Of a DNA stretch of 64,000 nt, positions 49,148 through 56,741 are shown piece after piece. The number at the start of each line of letters is the position of its first letter. The stretch's first letter is position 1. Source of the DNA: an uncultured virus (IMG/VR IMGVR_UViG_3300027743_000024) (Duplodnaviria; Heunggongvirae; Uroviricota; Caudoviricetes). A model generated the notes under the pieces. The model had not been told where the DNA came from. It did not search any database and worked only from the letters and a program-made list of their open reading frames with translations. The stretch is from IMG/VR virus record IMGVR_UViG_3300027743_000024, one strand, 5' to 3'. A program made the position numbers and the translations under genes.

Positions 49148-49180
49148 AATATATGGTATTAAAAGTTAATATGCAACTTA
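49148..49180 (-). promoter_or_regulatory. Putative late promoter
   Basis: TAAG TTGCAT N17 TATATT. Confidence 0.7.
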
Positions 49181-49215
49181 ATTTGAATATTTATTTACTT
49201 TCATAATCTGCATTA

Positions 49216-49452
49216 TTATAAAGCTACATAGTCTGGGTGATTTACTATCTCCTCCACCCTTTTATATTCATCCATTAGCTCATCACTTATATGTATGTTG
49301 TCAATGTTATCAGTTGCATCACATATCTGTTTAAAGTTGTCATCACTAACTTGATTAAATGTTACCCTCCTTTTAGATGCAATACTAATTAGTCTCTTGC
49401 CTAGCTTTAATAGTTTCTCATCTCTCCAATCTAATATTCTATTAATCAGCAT
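49216..49452 (-). CDS. Hypothetical protein
   Basis: 78-aa ORF. Confidence 0.45.
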   Translation of the reverse strand: MLINRILDWRDEKLLKLGKRLISIASKRRVTFNQVSDDNFKQICDATDNIDNIHISDELMDEYKRVEEIVNHPDYVAL

Positions 49453-49657
49453 TGTCCCAGTTTTTATTAGTAGTGTTAAATGTCTCTATCTTCTTCATTG
49501 CTGATTCCCAATAGTTTATCTGTGTTGAATTATCACTTGTTAATGTAGGATAGTTCATTCTCCTAACACCTTCCTTTAAATGTATATCTCCATTCTCTAC
49601 ATCTACAAATAATATTTCATCATCATAGTAGTTCTTACTCATTGTCTTTGCTCTCAT
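49442..49657 (-). CDS. Hypothetical protein
   Basis: 71-aa ORF overlapping next gene. Confidence 0.45.
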   Translation of the reverse strand: MRAKTMSKNYYDDEILFVDVENGDIHLKEGVRRMNYPTLTSDNSTQINYWESAMKKIETFNTTNKNWDNAD

Positions 49658-50207
49658 ATTTTTTAGTTATTTCTTTTTGTGAGTTTATAATTCCTTGTTG
49701 TGATAGTTCTAAGATCATTGTATTAATAATCTTAATCTTTAATTCTGCTGTTAACTTATCCCATTCTAATAATGTGTTAACATATTCCCTTGTTACTCTC
49801 TCCATTGTTTTTTATATCTTACATCCATACATAAGCATCATTTCATATTGGTTTTTTAGTCTGAACCATGATTCATATCCAAGCTTCTTCTTTCTTCTTT
49901 CTATTAATGCTTGCATTCTAAACTGTGATTTTCTCTTGTTCTTGATAGTCATAGCAATCTTTTAATGTTAATGGATGGTATGCATGTCCTGTAACTTTAT
50001 AGGTATTTCTCATTGTTGACATGTAATTATACAATTTTCTTGTATTATATATTCTTTTCCTTTTATTTTTTATTGTCATAATAATAAGTGTTCATTATAT
50101 TCCTATGCATTCCATGGTGTTTCCATTCTTTTATAAATTGCTCAACTGAAAGACTTTTTGGTATATTCTTATAATCCATTGTGTATATTCTCTTCTTCCT
50201 TTTGTTC

Positions 50208-50423
50208 TTAATAGTCATTGTATTTTCTGCTTATATATAATTGTTTCATTAATTCAATACATCCTTCCTCATCTCTTTGGTTATAATTAAATATTCCATT
50301 AACCATTCCCCTCATTGTGTTCACTTGAGCTATTATATTAGCACCATTTAATACAAGGCATTTACCAACTGATAGTCTTGTTTGATGGTTAGTTACAATT
50401 ATTTTTATGTTTTCTGTTTCCAC
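50208..50423 (-). CDS. Hypothetical protein
   Basis: 71-aa ORF (GTG start) after host-type promoter. Confidence 0.4.
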   Translation of the reverse strand: METENIKIIVTNHQTRLSVGKCLVLNGANIIAQVNTMRGMVNGIFNYNQRDEEGCIELMKQLYISRKYNDY

Positions 50424-50456
50424 TATTAATGTATAGCTATTAGTTTAATTTCAATA

Positions 50457-50492
50457 CAAAGGTAGTGTATAATTATAACATATACAACTTTG
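50457..50492 (-). promoter_or_regulatory. Bacteroidota housekeeping-sigma promoter
   Basis: TTG...TACCTTTG matches the Bacteroidota -33/-7 (TAnnTTTG) consensus. Confidence 0.55.
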
Positions 50493-50628
50493 TTTTATAT
50501 TTTTTTTGTAAAATTTTTTGTGTGTGTTAAGAGAGGGAGGTTATTTTTATTTTTTTTGAGTATGTTTAAAGGTGGGGCAACTCCAGAAACCTCCCCTCCT
50601 TAAATCTACGGGGAAAAATGCTTTCCAA

Positions 50629-50730
50629 GTGCTTCTGTCAACCGCAGATTTGATGTGCCAAACGCACAAGCACACGTATTAGCTCATTGGTCAAACGCCA
50701 ACCAGTCTGTCAAACACAGATGAGCTAATA
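50629..50730 (+). repeat. Four 5-bp hairpins with CAAAC/CAACC loops in two multibranch structures
   Basis: TCTGT-CAACC-GCAGA, TGTGC-CAAAC-GCACA, TTGGT-CAAAC-GCCAA, TCTGT-CAAAC-ACAGA. Confidence 0.8.
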
Positions 50731-50802
50731 ATAGCACAATATTATCCTTATGGTAGATGGTGAACCATTCTTTATTTATTATGCTTGCAAATACCGCTTA
50801 TT

Positions 50803-51108
50803 ATGGAATCTAAATTGAAAGTTGTAACAGTACAAGAGTTTATGAAATCAAATGGTATGGTTTCTATTGTACCTGTAGTACGCACAAATGTGAATGATTA
50901 TCCTTACATCACATTCATTAACAACAAGAATGAATCAGAGAACATATACTTCTCTAAGGATTCTTCCAAGTTGTTAACTAAAGGATTGCCTATTACAAGA
51001 GGCTTCTTTGCTAACTATAGTATTGGGTTCACAACCAATGCTGCAGGTGAGACAAGAACCAAACTTGTTGGACAAGGTCAACGTTTATCTGTTGAGGACT
51101 TGTTCTAA
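50803..51108 (+). CDS. First plus-strand (early) gene, hypothetical
   Basis: ATG at 50803 (MESKLK...) preferred over the TTG at 50785. Confidence 0.65.
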   Translation: MESKLKVVTVQEFMKSNGMVSIVPVVRTNVNDYPYITFINNKNESENIYFSKDSSKLLTKGLPITRGFFANYSIGFTTNAAGETRTKLVGQGQRLSVEDLF

Positions 51109-52014
51109 GGATCACGCATACACACAAGCTATCTACCATTGAGTAGGTTGAAAATGGATAACCATTGCTTGTGTGTGTGTGCCTTTAATTACTTAAATGA
51201 ATTAGATTAATTATTTACATTTAAATTAAATTAAATGATTTCAATTAATGGGTGTGTTTGTGTTTCTTTAGAAGATTCACTTGCATTTGATTTTAAATAG
51301 AGGTTTAATTGCCTTGTTAAAGAAATGAGGGATAATGATATTGATTGATATAACTTATTGATTGTCAGGATATTATAGATTAAAGGAGTGTTTATTCCAT
51401 TTAATTATAATTGATTGATTGTCAATGAGTTATATTGATAACTAATTAGATAAATCACTTAAAAATGATTGAGTAAATGAGCTGAATGACTAGTTAGACT
51501 AGGGGTACAGCCCATTCTTCCAATGATTAACCATTTTAGTCTTTATTCAAAAAAGATTAATATGTATTTTATATAGCTTTTAATTAATTAATCAGAACAT
51601 GATACAAATTTTATTGAATTAAGAATATAAATAAAATGTAGTTGTAATTCTGTTAAATGATTGTATATATTAATCAATTATTAGCTTATTTACAAGTCCT
51701 TATGAACTAATGATTAAGGCATATTATTATGTTTAAAACAAAAGAAGCTGTTAAGTACGCAATTGACCTAAAATCGTTTAAGCAACGTGTGATTAACTCA
51801 TATGTGTCACTAGGGAATGTAATTGCCAGTTAATTCAGAGTTGTACAATAAGACTATAAAATCTAGTTAATATTATTGTATAATATAACTGCCACAAAAT
51901 TCAAAAAGATAAAATGTCTTTTGATATGTAATAACGAGTAACTGAATAGTTATACATATATTTTCTTTTATTAACTAATTAACAACTAACCGCTTACTAA
52001 AAACATTTAAACAA

Positions 52015-52272
52015 ATGAAACAATTCAAAACATTAATCAAAGAATCTGCAATTATATGTTTAATTGTATTTGCATTCATATTGTCAATATTTATGACATC
52101 ATGTGAAGAACCACAACCAAGAATTCCATCAATAGCTGATGAAGTTGTTAAATATTCTGGTAATTATGAAATCATTAATGATTCTATTGCTGTTCTTAAA
52201 GATGGCAAAGCAAATAGAGATTTTATATACAAGAAAATTGCCTTAAATGGCAGATGGAAAAGAGTTATTTAA
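52015..52272 (+). CDS. Putative small lipoprotein
   Basis: Signal peptide ending FMTSC. Confidence 0.55.
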   Translation: MKQFKTLIKESAIICLIVFAFILSIFMTSCEEPQPRIPSIADEVVKYSGNYEIINDSIAVLKDGKANRDFIYKKIALNGRWKRVI

Positions 52273-52292
52273 ACCTTTAAAAAAATAAACAA

Positions 52293-52646
52293 ATGAAAGT
52301 ATTAATTAATGATTGCTACGGTGGATTTTCATTCTCCACTGAATTTAAAGACCATATCAATTCTATAACTGATAATCTTATAAATAAATATAAACTTTCA
52401 GCAAGACATAATGTTCTTTTAGTTGAAGAAGCTATTAAATTTGGTCTTGACAAAGCATCAGGTATATGTGCTCAACTAATTGTAGTTGAAATTCCAGATG
52501 GTTGTGAATACAACATACGTGAATATGATGGAATGGAACATATTAATGATATTTGGATAGAAGTATCTAAAGAAGATTTATCAAATGGTTTATCTGAAGA
52601 CCAAATAAATATGGTCCTAAAGGGATGTTCCATAAAGCTTAAATAG
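52293..52646 (+). CDS. Conserved phage hypothetical protein
   Basis: INDCYGGFSFS...VVEIPD...EYDGMEHI motif pattern recurrent in phage proteins. Confidence 0.65.
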   Translation: MKVLINDCYGGFSFSTEFKDHINSITDNLINKYKLSARHNVLLVEEAIKFGLDKASGICAQLIVVEIPDGCEYNIREYDGMEHINDIWIEVSKEDLSNGLSEDQINMVLKGCSIKLK

Positions 52647-53045
52647 AATGTTTTTAGTTTTTCATTCTATTGTTTAACCAACTCCTAATAAATGCAGAAG
52701 ATATAGTACTAGGACTTCTGTTGGTTTAATTTAAAACTATAAAATTAATTATAAACCGCTTATTAAAAATCTAAAACAAATGGTAACATTATGTATTTTA
52801 CCACATATTATATGTGGAACAAAAAAAGGAGGATGGAATATCATCTCCAAAATAACAGGAATGCTTAGTTGTATTGCAATGGATGCAATATATGTCATAC
52901 CTTTAATATTTATGTAATATGTATGAAATAATTTACTATAAACAAGATAATACATTTCATTATGTTGTTCATGCTTATCCAGACAAGTGCAATGAAGTGC
53001 TTGCTTCTGAAAAAGAAACTTTATTAATCTATTTAAACTAAAATT

Positions 53046-53195
53046 ATGAAAAATTTCATTAACACATTAGGTTGGACAGGAATAATATTAACAATATTGG
53101 TATTTATATTATCAAGTTGTTCAACAAGTAAAAGAGTGGATTATGTTTCTAAATGTCCTAAATGGGACAAAACTAATTCATATTCAGGTAACTAG
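53046..53195 (+). CDS. Putative small lipoprotein (49 aa)
   Basis: MKNFINTLGWTGIILTILVFILSSC lipobox; below ORF-track cutoff. Confidence 0.5.
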   Translation: MKNFINTLGWTGIILTILVFILSSCSTSKRVDYVSKCPKWDKTNSYSGN

Positions 53196-53269
53196 AGAGT
53201 TTATGTGTAAGCGGTTACCATAAGAAGTAGATTGGCCTATTGTAGTCAAAAATGGAGTGTGAATCTCCA

Positions 53270-53334
53270 TGCTAATGCATCATAACTATCTTTCCAAGGG
53301 ATAGCAGTTGTAATAAACTGAATGCAGAGGAGCA
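53270..53334 (+). ncRNA. Twister-like self-cleaving ribozyme (type P1 with P5)
   Basis: P1 TGC/GCA, L1 TAA...GA-GGA, P2 TGCA/TGCA, P4 CTATC/GATAG around TTTCCAAGG, T1 TCC/GGA, P5 CAGTT/AACTG. Confidence 0.55.
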
Positions 53335-53367
53335 GAATTTAGTATTAATATATAAAGAAAGATTGAT

Positions 53368-53577
53368 GTGGAGATTTTAACATTTAAAGAAATTAAGAAG
53401 TTACAGAACTTGTTTAGTTGGGCACAGTTCTATCAGAATAGTGAGCAATTAGCAATATCTAGATATCCTAGACACTATTATTATGAGTATGGCAAGAAAT
53501 GCACATTAATGCCTGAAAATGATGTTATTAGATATAACAATGTTCAACAAGAGATTAAACTAATTGGCAACAAATAG
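53368..53577 (+). CDS. Hypothetical protein
   Basis: 69-aa ORF, GTG start. Confidence 0.35.
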   Translation: MEILTFKEIKKLQNLFSWAQFYQNSEQLAISRYPRHYYYEYGKKCTLMPENDVIRYNNVQQEIKLIGNK

Positions 53578-53732
53578 TTAAAAAGAATTAATTATAATTG
53601 ATTACATTATCTACAGACTGTATGTCTCAAAGTTAGATTTAAAATGTAATTAGTTAAATTATATAAAGGAATCATCCCTCTCCTTATTACAAACTGGGAT
53701 TTATTAAAAAACAATCAATAAATACAATTATT

Positions 53733-54284
53733 ATGAAAACTTTAGAAACATTATCAAAAGGAGAAACTTTATTAACATCTGTTAGAAAAGTAAATGGTGG
53801 CAAATTTCAAATTGAAATTGCTGAAATGGTAGAGAACCCAAATGCAAAGGTTAATGTTGCATCTCTATTGAATGCAGGTGATGAGCGTTTTGCTCAATCT
53901 AATGGCAAGCCACGTAGAGCTTGGCAATCTGCAACTCCTGAAGGTTTGATGCTAGTTGGACTAGATGTAAACAAATTATCATTTGCTAATGTAAATGGTA
54001 AGGAAGTTGCAACAGTTAACATGTTAAACCCAACACTTGATGGTGAGCGTTTACATGTACGTTTAGTTGACAAGTATGAGCCTTCTTATGAAGGACAAGC
54101 TCCTAAGCAAGTTGTTGATAAAGATGGTAATAAAACATTCTTTATGAGTGATAAAAAATACATCTATCAATCAACAGAAATTGTTTGTGGAACACCTCAA
54201 CATTCTATCATTAAATCTGATGAGAGAGTTAAACAAGGTGCACATGTTGCATCTGTTAGTTCTGCAAGTGCATTGAATGCATAA
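53733..54284 (+). CDS. Conserved hypothetical protein, likely highly expressed
   Basis: 183 aa; CGT Arg codon bias; followed by terminator. Confidence 0.7.
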   Translation: MKTLETLSKGETLLTSVRKVNGGKFQIEIAEMVENPNAKVNVASLLNAGDERFAQSNGKPRRAWQSATPEGLMLVGLDVNKLSFANVNGKEVATVNMLNPTLDGERLHVRLVDKYEPSYEGQAPKQVVDKDGNKTFFMSDKKYIYQSTEIVCGTPQHSIIKSDERVKQGAHVASVSSASALNA

Positions 54285-54296
54285 TGCAATATAATT

Positions 54297-54335
54297 AGAT
54301 GAGTGAACGTTAATAGCGTTTGCTCATCTTTTTAT
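54297..54335 (+). terminator. Intrinsic terminator
   Basis: AGATGAGTGAACG/CGTTTGCTCATCT stem followed by T-run. Confidence 0.7.
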
Positions 54336-54357
54336 TTTAATTTAAATTTATAATCAA

Positions 54358-54618
54358 ATGGAAAAATATAAATTAAAAAGAATTGATGATGGTTTAGTTA
54401 AAGAAGCAAACAAAGTTATTTACATTGAATGGAATGACAATGGTACATTTAAATCTAAACATGATGAAGCTGCTATTGGAAGAAGTCTTATGTTAGATTC
54501 AAATAATTTTAATTATACTTGGTTAACAACTCAAATAGTTGAAATATTAGAAGAAAAAGACAAATACATTAAGTTTAAAACAGAAAATTCAACATATGAA
54601 CTTGTTCAACATTTTTAA
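54358..54618 (+). CDS. Hypothetical phage protein
   Basis: 86 aa; TWLTTQIVEI...FKTENSTYEL. Confidence 0.65.
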   Translation: MEKYKLKRIDDGLVKEANKVIYIEWNDNGTFKSKHDEAAIGRSLMLDSNNFNYTWLTTQIVEILEEKDKYIKFKTENSTYELVQHF

Positions 54619-54778
54619 AAAGAAGCCCATCATCATTCCACTTGTGTTCAACGGACAAGCAAATGGACAGTGGGTAGAATGTTTTAAAGGAGACGATACA
54701 TACAACAAGTTAGTTAAGTTGTATGGAGAACCATTGCCTAAACAAATTGAAGTAAAGCCAGTAGAACCGGAAAAGTAG
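54596..54778 (+). CDS. Hypothetical protein
   Basis: 60-aa ORF overlapping previous gene. Confidence 0.45.
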   Translation: MNLFNIFKKKPIIIPLVFNGQANGQWVECFKGDDTYNKLVKLYGEPLPKQIEVKPVEPEK

Positions 54779-54790
54779 AAACAACACCTC

Positions 54791-54910
54791 CCCAGTTTCT
54801 TGTTGACTATGCACAGTCAAAGGATTTATAAGGACCATACAAGTAGAAAATACATCTCTGATTTTCTTGTTCCGTGCGTAGGGAAGGATTTAAAGGAGAG
54901 TGAGATTGGG
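54791..54910 (+). ncRNA. Structured RNA candidate with loop-loop pairing
   Basis: Closing stem CCCAGTTTC/GAGATTGGG; loops ATGCAC and GTGCGT complementary. Confidence 0.45.
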
Positions 54911-54955
54911 CGACGTTTATCTTTTGTAACTCAACAACAAACAGAAAAAGATGTT

Positions 54956-55041
54956 AGTCAGGTAATGCGTAATGTGGAAATGGCATCACATCCTTTAGTA
55001 CAATGGTTGCATCGTTACAGGTTCGAGTCCTGTTCTGACTA
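54956..55041 (+). ncRNA. tRNA-like RNA A (no canonical anticodon arm)
   Basis: Acceptor AGTCAGG/TCTGACT+A, T-arm ACAGG-TTCGAGT-CCTGT. Confidence 0.6.
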
Positions 55042-55047
55042 CAAATT

Positions 55048-55151
55048 TCACTCTTAGTGTTATGAGGTAAAACACTTTGACCCTTATATCGCCTGATGTT
55101 GCAACATCCGAATATAAGGAGAGTAAGTTGGTTCGAATCCAACAGAGTGGA
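55048..55151 (+). ncRNA. tRNA-like RNA B with extended central hairpin
   Basis: Acceptor TCACTCT/AGAGTGG+A, D-arm GTGT/ACAC, T-arm GTTGG-TTCGAAT-CCAAC; long CCTTATAT...ATATAAGG arm capped by GATGTTGCAACATC. Confidence 0.6.
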
Positions 55152-55156
55152 CAAAT

Positions 55157-55228
55157 AGTCAGGTGGCGGAATTGGTTAGACGCAGGTATCTCATGATATG
55201 ATTGCAGGTTCGAATCCTGTTCTGACTA
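55157..55228 (+). ncRNA. tRNA-like RNA C (Leu-type D arm, shortened CAT-containing arm)
   Basis: AGTCAGG-TG-GCGGAATTGGTTAGACGC...GCAGG-TTCGAAT-CCTGT-TCTGACT-A; central GTATC-TCAT-GATAT has no 7-nt loop. Confidence 0.6.
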
Positions 55229-55380
55229 CTTTATCTGCTGAAAGCAAACATATAAAGCTGGACCTACGGAATAGGTTTATAATCCCAACCAAGATGGAGT
55301 TGTTTGTAGACAGATACTCGTACCAGCTTATATATTATGTATAAGACGAAGTATTCACACACTTGGAGTGACAGGAATAT

Positions 55381-55402
55381 AAAGAGAGGGTAACACCTCT
55401 CT
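55381..55402. terminator. Bidirectional terminator at end of endonuclease gene
   Basis: AAAGAGAGG-GTAACA-CCTCTCTTT inverted repeat. Confidence 0.65.
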
Positions 55403-56056
55403 TTATTTATATTTAAAAACAAGTTTATTACAGCTTTTAGCTTTATTTCTACAACATCTTGCTATATTAGCAGGGTCAATGTTGTAAAAAGCGGCACATT
55501 CTGCTACAGATGAAAACTCAGATATATTAATATTGTTTTTATATACTAATACAGTCTTTTTTTGTTTTTCTCTAAAATGTTGGACATTTTTGAGTTTAAT
55601 GAAAGATAAAGGATTAGTATAAAACAAATTATAAGCTTTTATAGCTTTTTTAGATGTGTTAAATTCTCCAATATAATAAACAGTATTAAGATATGAGCAT
55701 CTTACACGATACTTTCCTTTGTATATATCATACTTTTTGGCTGTAGTTTTAGGAAGATAATCTTTACATTGCAGTTTACCACCTATATGATTATTACATA
55801 ATTTGTTTGATTGATAATAACTTATCCAGTATATTTCTCTTTGTTCCCAAGATTCTTCTATACATTCTTCAATTATATCTATAATAGGTAATTTATTAGA
55901 TTTGGCTAAATATTTTATCCAGTTAGCTAATCTTGATTTTAGCCTTTTTGCATTAGATATATGAGAAGAATACCTGTTTTTTATATTACCAGTTTTTCCT
56001 ATATATCTTATTTCTAAGGTATCAGGATCCATTAACTTATAAATGTATATTTTCAT
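55403..56056 (-). CDS. Free-standing GIY-YIG homing endonuclease with AP2-like and NUMOD1-like domains
   Basis: YIYKL...RYIGKT..R..H; YIGEFNT..AIKAYN; FSSVAECA...NIARCCRNK; antisense to neighbours. Confidence 0.85.
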   Translation of the reverse strand: MKIYIYKLMDPDTLEIRYIGKTGNIKNRYSSHISNAKRLKSRLANWIKYLAKSNKLPIIDIIEECIEESWEQREIYWISYYQSNKLCNNHIGGKLQCKDYLPKTTAKKYDIYKGKYRVRCSYLNTVYYIGEFNTSKKAIKAYNLFYTNPLSFIKLKNVQHFREKQKKTVLVYKNNINISEFSSVAECAAFYNIDPANIARCCRNKAKSCNKLVFKYK

Positions 56057-56061
56057 ATTAT

Positions 56062-56094
56062 AATATACATAAATTACCTGTCATATGCAACTTA
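56062..56094 (-). promoter_or_regulatory. Putative late promoter of the endonuclease
   Basis: TAAG TTGCAT N17 TATATT, 5 nt before the ATG. Confidence 0.7.
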
Positions 56095-56148
56095 TTTGCA
56101 TATTTTTTTGGAGTGACAGGTAATAACTAAACGCTAGTGGGTAAAGCG

Positions 56149-56262
56149 TAGCAACAGAATGTCCTATTCATACTACATTAATCTATATAGCTGGTCAAGT
56201 CAGTATGTGAGCACATAAGGACACATAATAGATTATAAGGTAGTGTGTTGTAAAGGTTGCTG
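56149..56262 (+). ncRNA. Structured RNA candidate (nested stems, pseudoknot)
   Basis: TAGCAAC/GTTGCTG, CATACTAC/GTAGTGTG, TAATCTAT/ATAGATTA; TGTCCT/AGGACA. Confidence 0.45.
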
Positions 56263-56264
56263 AT

Positions 56265-56406
56265 AGTCAGGTGGTATATTAGAAAACATTTGGTAATATG
56301 GAGCTGCAGTGAAGTATTACATGGCAGGTTAAGTAAAGAGTAATTACTTTATGTAAACTGATAAAGGAATCATCCTTTGGTACCAGGGCAGAACTGGTCC
56401 TGACTA
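56265..56406 (+). ncRNA. tRNA-like RNA D (142 nt, expanded interior)
   Basis: Acceptor AGTCAGG/CCTGACT+A, T-like arm ACCAG-GGCAGAA-CTGGT, several internal hairpins. Confidence 0.55.
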
Positions 56407-56437
56407 CAATTAACAATTAATATTTAACTTTGAACCC

Positions 56438-56740
56438 ATGAAAGTAGACTTAGATGATGAAAAAGCAGCTATTGGCTTAGAAAAAAATAGTAAGGATTGT
56501 AAACATGGATGGAATGATGGTAGTTGCTGTTGTAATTGCAGTAATTTAGTATTAGTTAATAGACATCCAAGCAATACTTTAGTTGAAGCTAAAGGAAGCA
56601 TATCAACTACTTTTGGTTTTGGATGTAAAGCAATGACATTTGATGAGAGTGGAGAAAATAAAAACAAAATAGATAGAATAATATTTAGCTCATCTTTACA
56701 TGGAATGTGTGAATTACATTGTAGAAATAAACCAAAATAA
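56438..56740 (+). CDS. Cys-rich hypothetical protein
   Basis: 100 aa; CCCNC and HGMCELH motifs. Confidence 0.55.
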   Translation: MKVDLDDEKAAIGLEKNSKDCKHGWNDGSCCCNCSNLVLVNRHPSNTLVEAKGSISTTFGFGCKAMTFDESGENKNKIDRIIFSSSLHGMCELHCRNKPK

Positions 56741-56741
56741 A

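Larger units (their letters stand above)
55363..56120 (-). mobile_element. Endonuclease cassette bounded by 13-bp direct repeats
   Basis: TTGGAGTGACAGG at 55363-55375 and 56108-56120 enclose terminator, ORF and promoter. Confidence 0.6.

Noticed and set aside
754..49965. Plus-strand ORFs in the late arm (e.g. 1405-2067, 2419-2997, 36422-36877, 45084-45527)
   Set aside because: Antisense shadows of long minus-strand genes, rich in Ser/Leu/Phe.
12..50423. Stop-codon reassignment (TAG or TGA), common in some crAss-like phages
   Set aside because: Long late genes are uninterrupted in the standard code, and TAG/TGA end genes at sensible positions.
54800..55154. ORFs 54800-55057 (+) and 54954-55154 (-)
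   Set aside because: They overlap tRNA-like and structured RNAs and have atypical composition.
55157..55228. Functional tRNA-Met/Ile (CAT)
   Set aside because: The arm only pairs with a 4- or 6-nt loop; the scaffold is shared with non-decoding elements.
55230..56262. Group I intron hosting the GIY-YIG gene
   Set aside because: The ORF is antisense with its own promoter and terminator; no P7 core or interrupted gene identified.
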